From Klebsormidium nitens (lineage: Eukaryota > Plantae > Klebsormidiophyceae), in contig DF237147.1 of the NCBI GenBank assembly GCA_000708835.1, positions 84,959-148,958 on the forward strand: a stretch of 64,000 nucleotides of DNA, read 5' to 3'. Shown here piece by piece: positions 36,201 through 48,200 of the stretch. The stretch's first letter is position 1. Each line of letters opens with the position of its first letter. The position numbers and the translations under genes were made by a program. The notes beneath the pieces are model-generated. The model was not told the DNA's origin. It searched no databases and worked only from the letters and a program-made list of their open reading frames with translations.

Positions 36201-39200
36201 CTTACACACGGCCTCTGATCGGTCGAAGCTCTCGACCAGTCAGAAGGGCACGCTATAGTACCGATTCGTTGTTGAAACTGTTTGTGCGAACCCCTGCTTA
36301 GTGGCGCTTAGAATCCTCGTGGTGCTGCCTACAGTGGTTCCAGCACGAGCAGCAGGGCGGCGGCAAGGTGCTGTCAGTGCGCGACTTGCTTGCCTGGGTG
36401 TCGTACATCGTCACGGCTGCGCCCACCATCGGGCCCTTCCCAGCCTTTATGCACGGAGCCTTTCTGGTGCTCCTGGACGGCATCGGCTTAGGTACGCCTG
36501 CACTGATCCGTTCTTATATCAAGGGGCGTTTGATGCATTTCAATAGATGTTGACTCCGAAAAATCCAAACCTGTTCTGTGCTCGGCAGCAGAAGGCTTGA
36601 TGTAAGGGTTGGAGACAAGTTTTGCGTACCAAAGTCATTGTTTCTGGAGGGTCATAGGAGACTGGTTGAGGGAGAAGATCGTGATGGTCTAGCTTGAGGC
36701 TTACGCTGCAATTGCTGACATTATTGAAGGCTTCTGACTCGGTTCCTGATGCAGGTCTGGGGATCTCAGCAGAAGCCGCAGCTCGCACACGCACTGAGTG
36801 CTACCACTACCTCCTCGACCTGCTGCCGGAGGTAAGGATTGCCTCAAGATCTGCCCTCTGGTATTCCTTATCAGTTCTCGAAGCACTCTACCTGCAGTCC
36901 AGCACGTGTTGTATTGAGCGACTTTGTTCTCCGTTTAAAAAAGTTGCCCGAGTCTTCGCCTTGACAGGCTGTAAACGCTTTCTCCACCGCATCCATCTTG
37001 CCCTTCTTTCTCCAACCCTTATCTTGCCTTATTTTCAGGTCGAGCGGGCCGCTGTCGTGGCTTCTAGCGGCATCCCCGCTCCCGGCATCCCCCTCCCCCC
37101 CTCCCTCTCCGACTTCGGCCGCATTACTGCGGACGAGTCTTCCTTCGGGCTGCACCCCTTCTACATCCCGCGAGGCCCGCACGCCATCGCAGGGGCGCCG
37201 TTCGAGCTGGGCGCCCCCCGCACGTGCCGCAACGCGATGCGCGTCATGCGCGGCCTGCAGCTGCGCAAGCCGGTGCTTCTGGAAGGCAGCCCCGGGGTGG
37301 GCAAGACGAGCCTGGTGGCCGCTTTGGCCGCTGCTTCGGGGCACAAGCTGGTGCGCATCAACCTGTCGGAGCAGACTGACATGATGGACCTCCTTGGAAC
37401 GGACCTCCCGACTGAGGGCGCGGCCGGGGGAACGTTTACGTGGTCGGACGGCGTGTTCCTACAGGCGCTGCGGGGGGGGGATTGGGTATTATTGGACGAG
37501 CTCAACCTGGCGAGCCAGTCGATCTTGGAGGGGCTCAATTCCGTGCTGGACCACCGCGCTGAGGTGTTCATTCCGGAGCTGGGCCGCACCTTCCGGTGCC
37601 CGCCCACCTTCCGGCTGTTCGCCGCGCAGAATCCGCTGCAACAGGGGGGCGGCAGGAAGGGCCTTCCCAAGTCGTTTCTCAACCGCTTTTCGCGGGTGAG
37701 ACTGCCCGTTCTCTTCTCCTTCGTTTTCGACCTGGCGATGGCTCTGTCCTGGTGTATCTTTCCGTCTGGGCCTATTGCCACTTTGCTGGAAGCTACTTTT
37801 GGATTGCCCCCTTTAATACCTGAGGGCTTGTCATGATCCGGATTGAAATCAGAAGGTGTTCGATCTCCAGGCACGATTCGAAGGCTTGCCAGCAGGCAGC
37901 AGTGCGCTCCTGCCAATATGCTGCTGAGTTCAAACTTTCGTGCTACACAAAGGTCCGTGGAAATGGTCACCCTGATGCCGCAGATCACTGAAGCACGCGT
38001 CAGGCCATGCACGAAACAAGCATTCACCGTGTGTCCGTACTTTCTTGAGTCACCGAACCAGCGTTTTCGTCTTCTTCAAGCTGCGACACGACATGTGCGC
38101 TCGGAACCGCCCAATTGATCTTTTACGCTGCAATGCCTGCTGTGGTTTCGAAATTCCGGCTTGAGTCCACCGTTTTGGGTTTCAACGACCCTGCTTTTTA
38201 ATACGTAACGGTGAAGTTCGACGAAATGCTGACACTTGCCCTGCCATCCCCTAGGTTTACGTGGAGGCCCTGGAGGCCGCCGACCTGGAGTTCATCTGCA
38301 CAGCGCTCTTCCTGTCCATCTCTTCGCCTACGCTGCACCACATGGTGTCCTTCAACGAGCGGTTGCACCACGAGACCATGGTGGCGCACTCGTTTGGCCA
38401 CCGCGGCGCCCCCTGGGAGTTCAACCTGCGCGACATCCTGCGCTGGTGCGAGCTCATCCTCAAGTCGCGGGAAGAAGACCCGCTCCTGCACGTCGCGGCA
38501 TCCGACGACGAAGCAGCGGGGCAGCACCTGGGCACGATCTACCTGCAGCGGATGCGGCAGCCGGAGGACCGACGGCGCGTCGTTGCGCTGTATCGGGAAG
38601 TCTTTGGGACGGAGCCGAGTTTGGAACTGCACCCGCGGCTCACGATGACGCCTGAAACCCTCCAGCTTGGCCGGACGACACTTTCGCGAGAACGGGATCC
38701 CGGGCCTGGGCAAGCCGGGGGAACGCGCCAGCTGGCGGTGATGCCAGGACAGCTGTCGGCGCTGGAGACGGTTGCGCGGTGCGTGCAGAGGGGGTGGATG
38801 TCCATCCTCCTGGGGGGCCCGGCCTCGGGAAAGACCAGTCTCGTAAGGACGCTGGCGCAGCTGACGGGGAACGTGCTCCACGAGTACCCCCTCACCAGCG
38901 CCTCAGACACCACAGAGCTGCTGGGCTGTTTCGAACAGGTGAGGGGCAGGGGGGGCATCCATCCGTTGTCGAAGCAAAATTTGACTGACTTTTTATCCAT
39001 TTCTAATCTTGCTTCGTATTTGGGGCCATGATTTATGTGCTCTAGTGTCTCCAGCAAGTGCTGTACAGTTTTCTGTCATTGATTGCTCCGTCCACACCTG
39101 TTTGATCGATTACTCACCCAATTTCGACCTCACTTTTGCAGTTCGATCCCATGCGGCGCATGCGCAGTGCCCACTCCCGAGCCCAGTCTGCCCTCCAGTC

Positions 39201-42200
39201 CGTGTGCGAGCTGCTGCTCTCCCGCAAGCCTGGAAGCCAGCCCGCAGCGCGCCTCATCGAGATGGTTAAGAGCCTCCAGGCCAGCTGGACAGCCTACGCC
39301 AAGCGGGCCAAGGCTGCCTCCCTCGCTGAAGCAGGGGCCGGCCAGATCGACACCTCCGAGGGCGCGCTGGACCTCAAGGCGCTGGAGCTGCTGCAACACC
39401 TCGTTGCACAACTGTCAAGCGCTCTCACCGCCGCAGCCACGGACCAGATCCCGGACGAAGCAAGCGATGACGTCAGCACGCTGCAAACCCGGTTGTCGGT
39501 GCTGACAGTAGATGTCAGTGGTCTTGTTCAAGAGGCGGGTGCAAGCGGTGGGGCGGGGAAAGTGGTGGGCAGGTTCGAGTGGGTGGACGGTGTGTTGGTG
39601 CACGCTCTGGAGCGGGGAGAGTGGGTGCTGCTGGAGAACGCCAATCTGTGCAACCCGACGGTGCTAGACCGGCTGAACCCTCTGCTCGAGCCGGGGGGCA
39701 CCGTCATGGTCAACGAGCGCGGCCTGGTTGAGGGGCAGCCCATGGTAGTTACGGCGCACCCCAAGTTCCGCCTGTTCCTGACGCTGGACCCAGGGTACGG
39801 GGAGCTCTCGCGAGCGATGCGGAACAGGGGGATTGAGGTTTTCATGATGCCGCCAGACTGGGCGTCGGACCAAGGAGAGAACGAGACAGAGCCGGAGCGG
39901 AGCACTCTATGGCAAGACATGCTGCGGACACTGGCCGTGGCTGGCATCCCAGGGAGGGCCTTGTCCGAGGCGATGGCGCGAGCTCATGTCCGGACGGCAG
40001 AGGCGGCCGCAGCGTACTCCAGTGGAAGCGGGGCCCTGCTGACGCTGCGCGACCTTGCCCGCTTTGCTGAGCTCGTGAATGAGCTTTTGGAGAGGGGTGC
40101 CGAAGTAAGAGCAGCGATCCGGGTCAGTTGGGACCACACCCACGTGGCGAAGCTGGATTCGATGGAGGCGAGAGCGGCGGCGGAGGGGGCTTACGAGCAG
40201 TGGCTTGCAAACGTGCACCTTGCAGAGGAAGCTCCGGGGTCGGATCAGGAAGCGGGCTCAAGTGGAGCCGCGCAGGCTATGAAAGCTGTGGAGGAGGAGT
40301 ACTTGAAGGCTGCCCTGGTGCATCCCGCTCGCTGGCCTAACGTGCTTACGTCAGCAAAATGGGCGCAGCAATCGCAGCTCGCGGCGGTGAAGCGGGACGG
40401 CGAGTACCTGCTGTTCCTGGCAGCGCAGAGCGTGGCCGGAGAAGTCGCAACGATTCTGAGCCGATCGAAGGGGACGGCGTTTGGGGAGCATTTGCGGCCC
40501 TGGTTGGAGAAGGAAGCACACGAGAGTGGGGAGCTTTTGGCTGCTCTGGTGGCGGACATCTGGAGGGAAGGAGGCAAAGGAGATGCACGGAGTCGGGCAG
40601 AGCGGATGTTATGGTTCGCATCGGCTTGCCTGGTGCAGCGGGTCTCCCCTCTGGATGCGGATCTGAGGGGGTTTTGGGTGCAAGCCGTCAGGGGCGGCTT
40701 CCTTGGTTTGCGGACGTCTGGAATAACCGGGGACCTGTTAGGCGGCCTTGCTGAGCTGATGGAGCAGCTCGAAGGTCATCCGGTCACCGCGCAACTCGGA
40801 AGAGTCCGGTTGGCCTTGGCTCGTCTGGTGGGCGCTTCAGTAGCGACCCTAGAAAGGCAGCCCTACGATCTGCGAGTTCTCAATCTAGCAGCGCCAGCTG
40901 GCACCCCGACAGAAGCCCACCTGTTGCTCGTTGCGGCCCTGGCTGACAGCTGGGGACTGGCGAGAACTTCCATCCAGCAGCAAGTCGTAATGGACAGGTT
41001 CCTGGAGCAGGGGAGAAGCGAGGGGGCGGCCAGTCTGGTGGGGCAGTCGTTCCGTTACTACAAGGCCCCCTCCCAGAGGGCGCGCACTCAGGTCGCCCAT
41101 AGAGTGGTGCCCTGGTTGTACCCCCTTTTCGAAGCCGTCCAAAACTGGGAGGATGCCTTGCTCCGGTCTCTCGCAGCGGAGGGGTTCGGCGGACTCGCGA
41201 GCAGCGGGGACAACATGGAAGTAGACGAGGGGCCGGCGACTGCTGAGACGGTCGAGCGGATGGTGGCGGAAGTTCGGGAACTGAACGAGGCGCTGCGCGT
41301 GGTCCAGCAGTGGCGCTACTCCCTGTGGACGTGGGTCGCCCAGCGGCAGCAGCTGCACCCCCCCGAGGCGTTCCTGGTGCGTTGGGAGGGGCTGAGCAGG
41401 GCCCTGCTAGGGCTGGGGTTAGCGCGGCTGGCGGCGAGAGCGGGGCAAGAGCAGAGGACGAAAGTAGAAACTGCGGCCAAGCTGTTGGACGAGGCCTTGA
41501 CGGGCGGAGAAGGGTCGCTCGGCAAGCCGCTGCTGTGGAAGTACGGCGGCCGACCGCAGGCGCCCGGGAGCCTAGAGCTGTGCTTGGAGGAGGCGGCGGT
41601 GCTGGGGCTGTGCGATGAGCTCAAGGTTCGGGGGGGTAACGGAAGTGAGGGAGTTGCAGTCGGGGGGGAGGTTCGGCGGCTGGCGGTGCAGGGGCTTTGC
41701 ATGTTACAGTGGGCCAAAGGGTTGGACAGGGGGCCCGGCGCGAAGTTCGAGAGCGCAGGAGTAGAGGGAGTGCACGCGTTTCTGCAGCGACAAGTCCAGG
41801 CCGGCCAAGAGAAGCTAAGCGAGCACACCGACTTCGATCCCATCCCACACACAATGGACGAGGCGGGTGGTTGGGTGGTTAGCCCCAGTCAACTGTGGAA
41901 GTCCAGAAGCGTGCAGGGAGGCGAGTTCCCTCACGAGCTGTTGCGGTGGGAGGGCGCCCGCGCGCTCTCGCAACCACTGCTCGCGCTCTACGAGGTGGCC
42001 AGTCTGAGCAGCCAGGCCGCGCTCATCCCGCCTCTAGTCGAGTGGGCCGTAAGCACGGGAACGGGCAGCCCCGCATGGGGCCCTCCAGAGCACAGCCGGC
42101 TCCAGTCTTTGTTGGACACGTGGCTCGCCGTGGGACCTCGATCACCGGCCGACTTTGCGCCTGCCCAGCAGCTGTTCTGGCTGTTGGACGCTGTCGCAGC

Positions 42201-45200
42201 AGGCGGGGTGCAGGACCTAGGGCTGGCTATCAGGGCCGCAGTACATGAGTTTGTGTACAGGTAGGAGCGGGGTCATGTTCTGGCCGAGTTTCAACTGCTT
42301 CATTATTGATTCTCCTTTCAGGATTTTTTTGGCTTATGCCACGGCCAGTTGTCTGGAGGAGGCAGGATCTTTCTTGAACGGCGAGGAGTTTCTGATCAGA
42401 AAGTTAAACGACGACTCGTTGCCGTGGCGTTCACTTTCTTTGCCGGTCAGACCGAGCCTCGTTCTTGGCGTTGGTTCAATGTCTGTCACCACTGACCTAC
42501 GCAATCCATTTCAAATCTTCCGTTGGTACTCAAACAGTCCTTCTATTCCTGATCCAGGTGGCACGCCGCTCTTTGGGACAACGTATCATCCGCCCTGCCG
42601 GCTGCTTTCCACACCAAGCAAGGCCGCGACACCCCCGCTGTCAACGCCCTCCTCGACGCCGGCAGCAGCCCCTTGCTCCTGGCCAGCACCGGCTCTTCTC
42701 CAAGAGGTCACTCCGAGTTTTGGACCCGGACTGCGGGCCCCGCGCGCCTGTATCAGGCGCCGCAAACAGTCTTGTCGGCGGCGCTTGTGCACCAGAGCAG
42801 CCCGATCGGCGACCACCTGCCCCGCCTGCTGCAGCTCCAGCTGGCCGCCCGCCACCTCTGGGCAGCGGCCGCCCACTCCGAAGCTGCCACGCCAGCAGAC
42901 TCCGGCCGTGCTGACGTCAGGGCCGCCGCGGTTGTCCTCTTCCAGATCGTCCTAGCGCACAGCAAGGCGTTTCCTCCCCAAGCGCTCGAGGCGCTTGTCG
43001 GGGGTCTGGAGACTTTGCGGGGCGCGCTCCATGGCTCGGGCACGACAGACCTGCCGCAGACCGTGGCTGGAGTCGTCTCTGCCTTAGGACAGTCCCAGCA
43101 CCCCCGCTTTGCTGCCACTGTGCCCTCTCTCGTGGAACCAGCTCTGAACACGCTGTCGGAGCTCATCTCGGGGGATGTCCGGAGTCTGGTCCAGCGGGGC
43201 CGGCTGTGGCTCTTCATCGGTGCGCTGCGGTTGCACCTGCTGCTGCCCTCCAACGGCTGCGACCCCGCCGCCAAGTACGCGCACCAGCGGGACCACTTTC
43301 AGGAGGTGCTCGCGGACCGCCGGCTCGAGGTCGAAGTGCGGGAAACGGTCGAGCGGCTGGCCACGGGGGGCCCCGCGAACGATGCGGACGTTGCCCGGCT
43401 ACGTACAGAAGCGTCCGATCTGGTCCGCAAAGTAGAGCAGCTCGCGGCGAAGGTGGTGCACCGCCCAGAGCCGCCCCAGTTCGGGGCCTTGTTCGAGGAG
43501 GTGACGCGCTTCGTGGGGAGTTCTGCCAGGGTGGAGAGGGTGGTCGGTCTCGCGAACGGGGCCCGGGCGGGGCAGGCCGGAGCAGGAGAGCTGGAAGTTT
43601 GGCAGGGCAACCTGGGCCATCTGGTTCAAAGGCTAACCAAGGAGTACCCGGCTTATCGTGACGTGGCTCAGCCAGTTCAATTGGCGGCTTACGAGCTGCG
43701 CTACGGGGCTGCGCTGATGGCGGCTGCGGGGGTCGAGCAGGCACGCTTTGGGGGGATCCCTGGGGCCTTGATGCCGGTAGGAAGAAGCGCCGAGCTAGAG
43801 GAGCTCCTCGGCTGGTTGATGGGCTTCCCCGTGAGGCGCTCCGGGGGGCTTACGGAAGGTGGTGACGGTTCGGAAAGTGGTGTTTGGCAAAAGTGGGTTG
43901 ATGAGAGAGCGCTGCAGCTGCTGTCGAGCACTGTGGTCCGGAACAGCGGGGACGCCCCCGCCATTGAGCTGCAGATGAAAGTGCTCCAGCTGGTGGCCGC
44001 TAGAGCCGCCCAGGCCGCCACTGCAGCCGGAGGCGCGAGCCGGGAATCTCTAGAGGTGCTCGGCCGCGCGTTCGGGGCGCTGGTGCGGCTGTGGAGCGGG
44101 GTGAAGGAGCGGCGCGCGGAGAAGGAGCGGGAGGACGCGGAGCTGTACAAGTACAAGGTGCGCAGCCACGTGATGCGGACGGAGGAGGAGGAGAACGAGG
44201 CGGACTACAAGGAGATGTTCCCGGACTACTTCGAGCAGTATGCGGACATCGAGGGCGAGCCCGAGATGGCGTCCGCAGAGGACGACGACCGGAGAGCGGC
44301 GGCGGCAGAGGCGGCGGCCGCACAGGGAGTGGAGTCGGATGCGTCGCAGAAGGCTTCCTGGAACCTGCTCCAGGAAATGGTCGGCCCCGTGGTCCGGCTG
44401 CACGGCCAAGTCTTCGGACCGGTTGTTGAAATTCGGACGCCAGAAGTTCCGGCAAAGTCCAAAACGGGCAAGAAAGGCAAGGCGAAGCAGACGGAAGCAG
44501 CGCTGCCGGAGAGCGACAGGGACACGTCTCTCCTGAACGCCTTCGTGGCGTCTTATGACACGGGCGTCCAGCTGCTGCACCACGGGCTTGGGCTGGTCGC
44601 CGGCCCGGAAGTCGAACAACGGACGCTCTCGGGACACGTGCTGCGGGTCAGCTTGGAGCACCGCCGGCTCAGCCGCCGGCCCAATGCTGACGCTGCGGCC
44701 ATCAACATCAACGTGGAGAACCCCCCCGAACTCGCCCTAGCATTGCACCCCCTGGCGCGCGTTTTACAGCGTCTGGGCGATCTGTTGCGGGAGTGGCCGG
44801 ACCACCCCGTGCTGCAACAGCTGCAGAAAATTTGCGAGCGAGTCGTGGCGCTTCCGGCGGACGCCCCCCTCGTGAAGGCGCTGGTCGGCCTGGAGCTGCT
44901 GCTGACCAAGGCGCAGATCTGGCAGGAGGGCGCGGCGCGCCACGTGTCACTGGCGGCGGAGCTGGACGAGGTGGCGCGCCTGGTTGCTAGGTGGCGCAAG
45001 GCGGAGCTGGCCAGCTGGCCGAGTCTCATGGAACAGGTGGGCAAAGGGGTGGAGTTAACGATCTGCAGAAAAGGCGTTGGGATTTGCTGTATGCAGACTC
45101 TGCTTAGACCGCTTCTCTGTTGTGTCGTGATCTTTCCGTTTCCTCCCAGAAAGATTTCTGAAGCGTTTCGCTTAGAGCTTTGGTTCGACGCGCTCTGCTT

Positions 45201-48200
45201 CCTTCTTTCCCCAAAGTGCTTTCTAGAGCTGCAGAGACAATTTAACACACTTCAGCCGTCTCCGTGGGTCAGTGCATGAATCGTATACCTGCTAACAAGG
45301 AAGAGCGGCTGCTTGGAACACTTGCTCTTTCCCCTGCGACTGCTGTCCTTACCTCGAAAGTTCTAATCCACTCCTGTTGGGTTGCAGGTGCGGCGCAAGC
45401 ACGAGAAGGCTGCCGAGGCCCTGTGGTTTGCTCTGTACGGCCTGGTCCACCGCCCCGGTGCGGCCAGCACGGCGCCTGACGCTACCACCCCAGCCCCCAA
45501 CCCCACCGATCGCGACGCCAAGCCGGCCCCCAGCGCTCTGTCCACGACTATCGCCGGTGTCGAGGAGTTCATCCAGACGTCAACCCTAGGAGAGTATCAC
45601 CGCCGCCTCCAGATGGTCGCCGCTTTCGGGGGCGAGATGAGCGTCCGGGCGCGTGGTGCCGACAACGCAGAGATGGCGGCACTCTCGTCGGCCCTGAAAA
45701 CAGTCCACAGCTACTACTGCCAGTTTGTGCCGACGGTGGCGGATGCGCTGCGCGCGGGGGGCGACCTGGTGGAGAAGGAGCTGCGCGAGTTCGTGCGGCT
45801 GCAGAAGTGGGAGGACCGCAACGTGTACGCCATGCAGGCGTCCGCGGAGAGGAGCCACCGCAAGCTGCACAAGCTGGCCAGCAAGCTCGACGTGAGGGCG
45901 CCGCTCATTGCTGCGTATCTGAGAGGGAGATTCTCTAATGGGCAGGACGATGAAACCGGGAGTCCTCGTTTAAGGGGAGAACCATGCCGGATCGAAGCCA
46001 AATCCGAAGGAGCTGTGTGGACGAGGGTTGCGGTCATGTATGCTTCAAGTCGCGGGCAATCTTTTCTTCTGGCTTTCCCCCGCCATACGAGTACGCTTAA
46101 CGGTCGACTTCGATTGTTGGGAATGTTTGTGTATTGCAGAGACTGCGTTGGCATCTCAAATCTCCTGATTCTCAACACCGAGATTTACAGGTTCTGCTTC
46201 ATAATCAAAGCGGTCACGTGCTTCTGCAGGAGGTGCTGAAGCAGCCCGTCGCTCAGCTGCTGGCCCGCCAGTCGGACAAGGTCGGCTTCTCCGAGCTGGC
46301 CAAACTGGGCGGCTCTGCTCCTGAATCGCTACCCGCAGGCAAGGAACCGGTGGACGCAGCGTCCAAGGCTGGGGAAGCGGCTGCCGGCGTGTCTGCGACC
46401 GACGAGGAGGATGCGATCGAGGCCGGAGCAGAGGGCCCAGGAGTGCAACAGCAGTGGTCGGAGTTCTGCTCTGCTCGCCTAGCAGCGCTGACTGAGGGCC
46501 ACGAGGGAGAGGTGGTCGAGAAAGGTGGGAAACGCTCATGGGCGAGGGTCAATCGAGTTTGTGTACCTCTCATCATCCTGCTTATATGTGGTAAAACTTC
46601 GAATGCGGTGGGTTTTTGGGTGTTGTCTTATCTTGTAACGCTGATTCTGGCTGTGTCTTGGTTGTTCTGTCGATGATACGAGCTCAGTATCTTGATCCGA
46701 GCTTACTCTTGCCTTTCAATGAGGATCCTGCCTCCGTTATTGAAGAAGGCCGGGCAAGAATCCACATCATCGGGGGTTTTGCGTCCCTTGAAAGTTCGGT
46801 CGGCTCGTCGCTTGAAGGTTTTGCTATATTACTCTGCTCAAAGGCTGCTGTGATCGTGCACGAAGCCCCGTGATGAAACCAATCTACCCTCCAGATTGGG
46901 GCGGCTCTCTTTCTGAGAGCTTGTCCCTTTCCATGATGGCGGTAAATGTCATAGTTACTCTGAGGGCTTTCTTGCACGACAAGAACAGCATGTTTTAAGG
47001 TCCTTGCCGATCTGGGAACCAGCATTTGTTGTCTGCTTTTGGACTTCAATCCCTACTTCCTTTTGGTGGGTGAGAGGATATTGACATCCGCTTGTCATTT
47101 TCTGGGTACAAACTTCGCTTCGACGCTCAATACCACTGCGTGTGACAGGGACTAGTCTACGTTGCCTTCTTCGCCTTTGGCTGCCTTTCAATCCTTTTGG
47201 TAACCACCCCGACTAATGGAGAATCTACCCACATCTGCCGGTCGCTTTGCTTTTGATTTCAAGCCATTGTTCACCTGCCCCTTTCTCTGCGCGTACCCCC
47301 TCAGGGCCCCGCCCGCTGTACCAACACCGCCTGCCGTCCCTGGCGGCTCGCCTGAGCCAGCTCCTCGGGTCCACGGTCCTGTCGGAGCAAGGCGCGCGGC
47401 GCCGCAAGGGTGGAGCGGATGCGGTGGAGCGGCTGAGCGGCGTGATAGTACGGCGCGCGCAGGCGCTGAAGGCCAGCGAGGCCAAGCGCAGCGTCAAGAA
47501 GAAGGCGCTCGTGGACCTGCTCAAGGGGCTGCGCGGCCTCGGGCTGTCGCACCACAAGTGAGGCGGCTAAGCAAGGGCAGCACTTGGCCACTGCTTTCGA
47601 ATGAAGAGGCGTCGGATGTTCTGATGATTCTCTTACATCAGAGTACGTCTGTATAGATCAAGAGGTCAGAACGTCATCTTGGGCTGACGTGAATGGGAAG
47701 GTGCGATGCTCCTGTCCGATTCTTGTCATTCATTGGAAGTTTGCCATTCACGTTAAGTACACGTGCCCTCCGAAGCTGTTCTGGTTGGGATCACGCACAA
47801 TCTAGCACCTCGAAGGCATGGCGACTGTCCAACCGGATCTTTAAAGGTTGCGAACCCTCTCCCTCCCTTTCCTCAGGTCTGCTGTTCCTGTTGAAGAGCG
47901 GGACCCCAAGAACTGGTTCCTGCTGGCCCGCCCCGACCACGCGGAACGACTCTACACGGTTGCGAACCTGGATGCGGAGACGGAGGACTTCGTAGTGGCG
48001 TCGTCCGTGGCGGGCGCTGCCAGCTGGGGCCGAGCGGAGGGGTACTACCATCGCAACATGGCGCAGCTCCAGCAGCTGTGGCAGGCGCGCCAGGACTTCA
48101 GCAAGGACCTCAGCCTTAGAGAGGTGCGGCGCACAACCAAAGAGCAAGGGAGCTTGATATCCGATTGATCCTCCTGTGGCTTTGTCGAGCCAGACATGTT

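Noticed and set aside
46707-46769. Hairpin TCTTGCC/GGCAAGA followed by ACA upstream of the C/D snoRNA
   Set aside because: There is no two-sided pseudouridylation pocket, H box or correct spacing, so it is not called as H/ACA.
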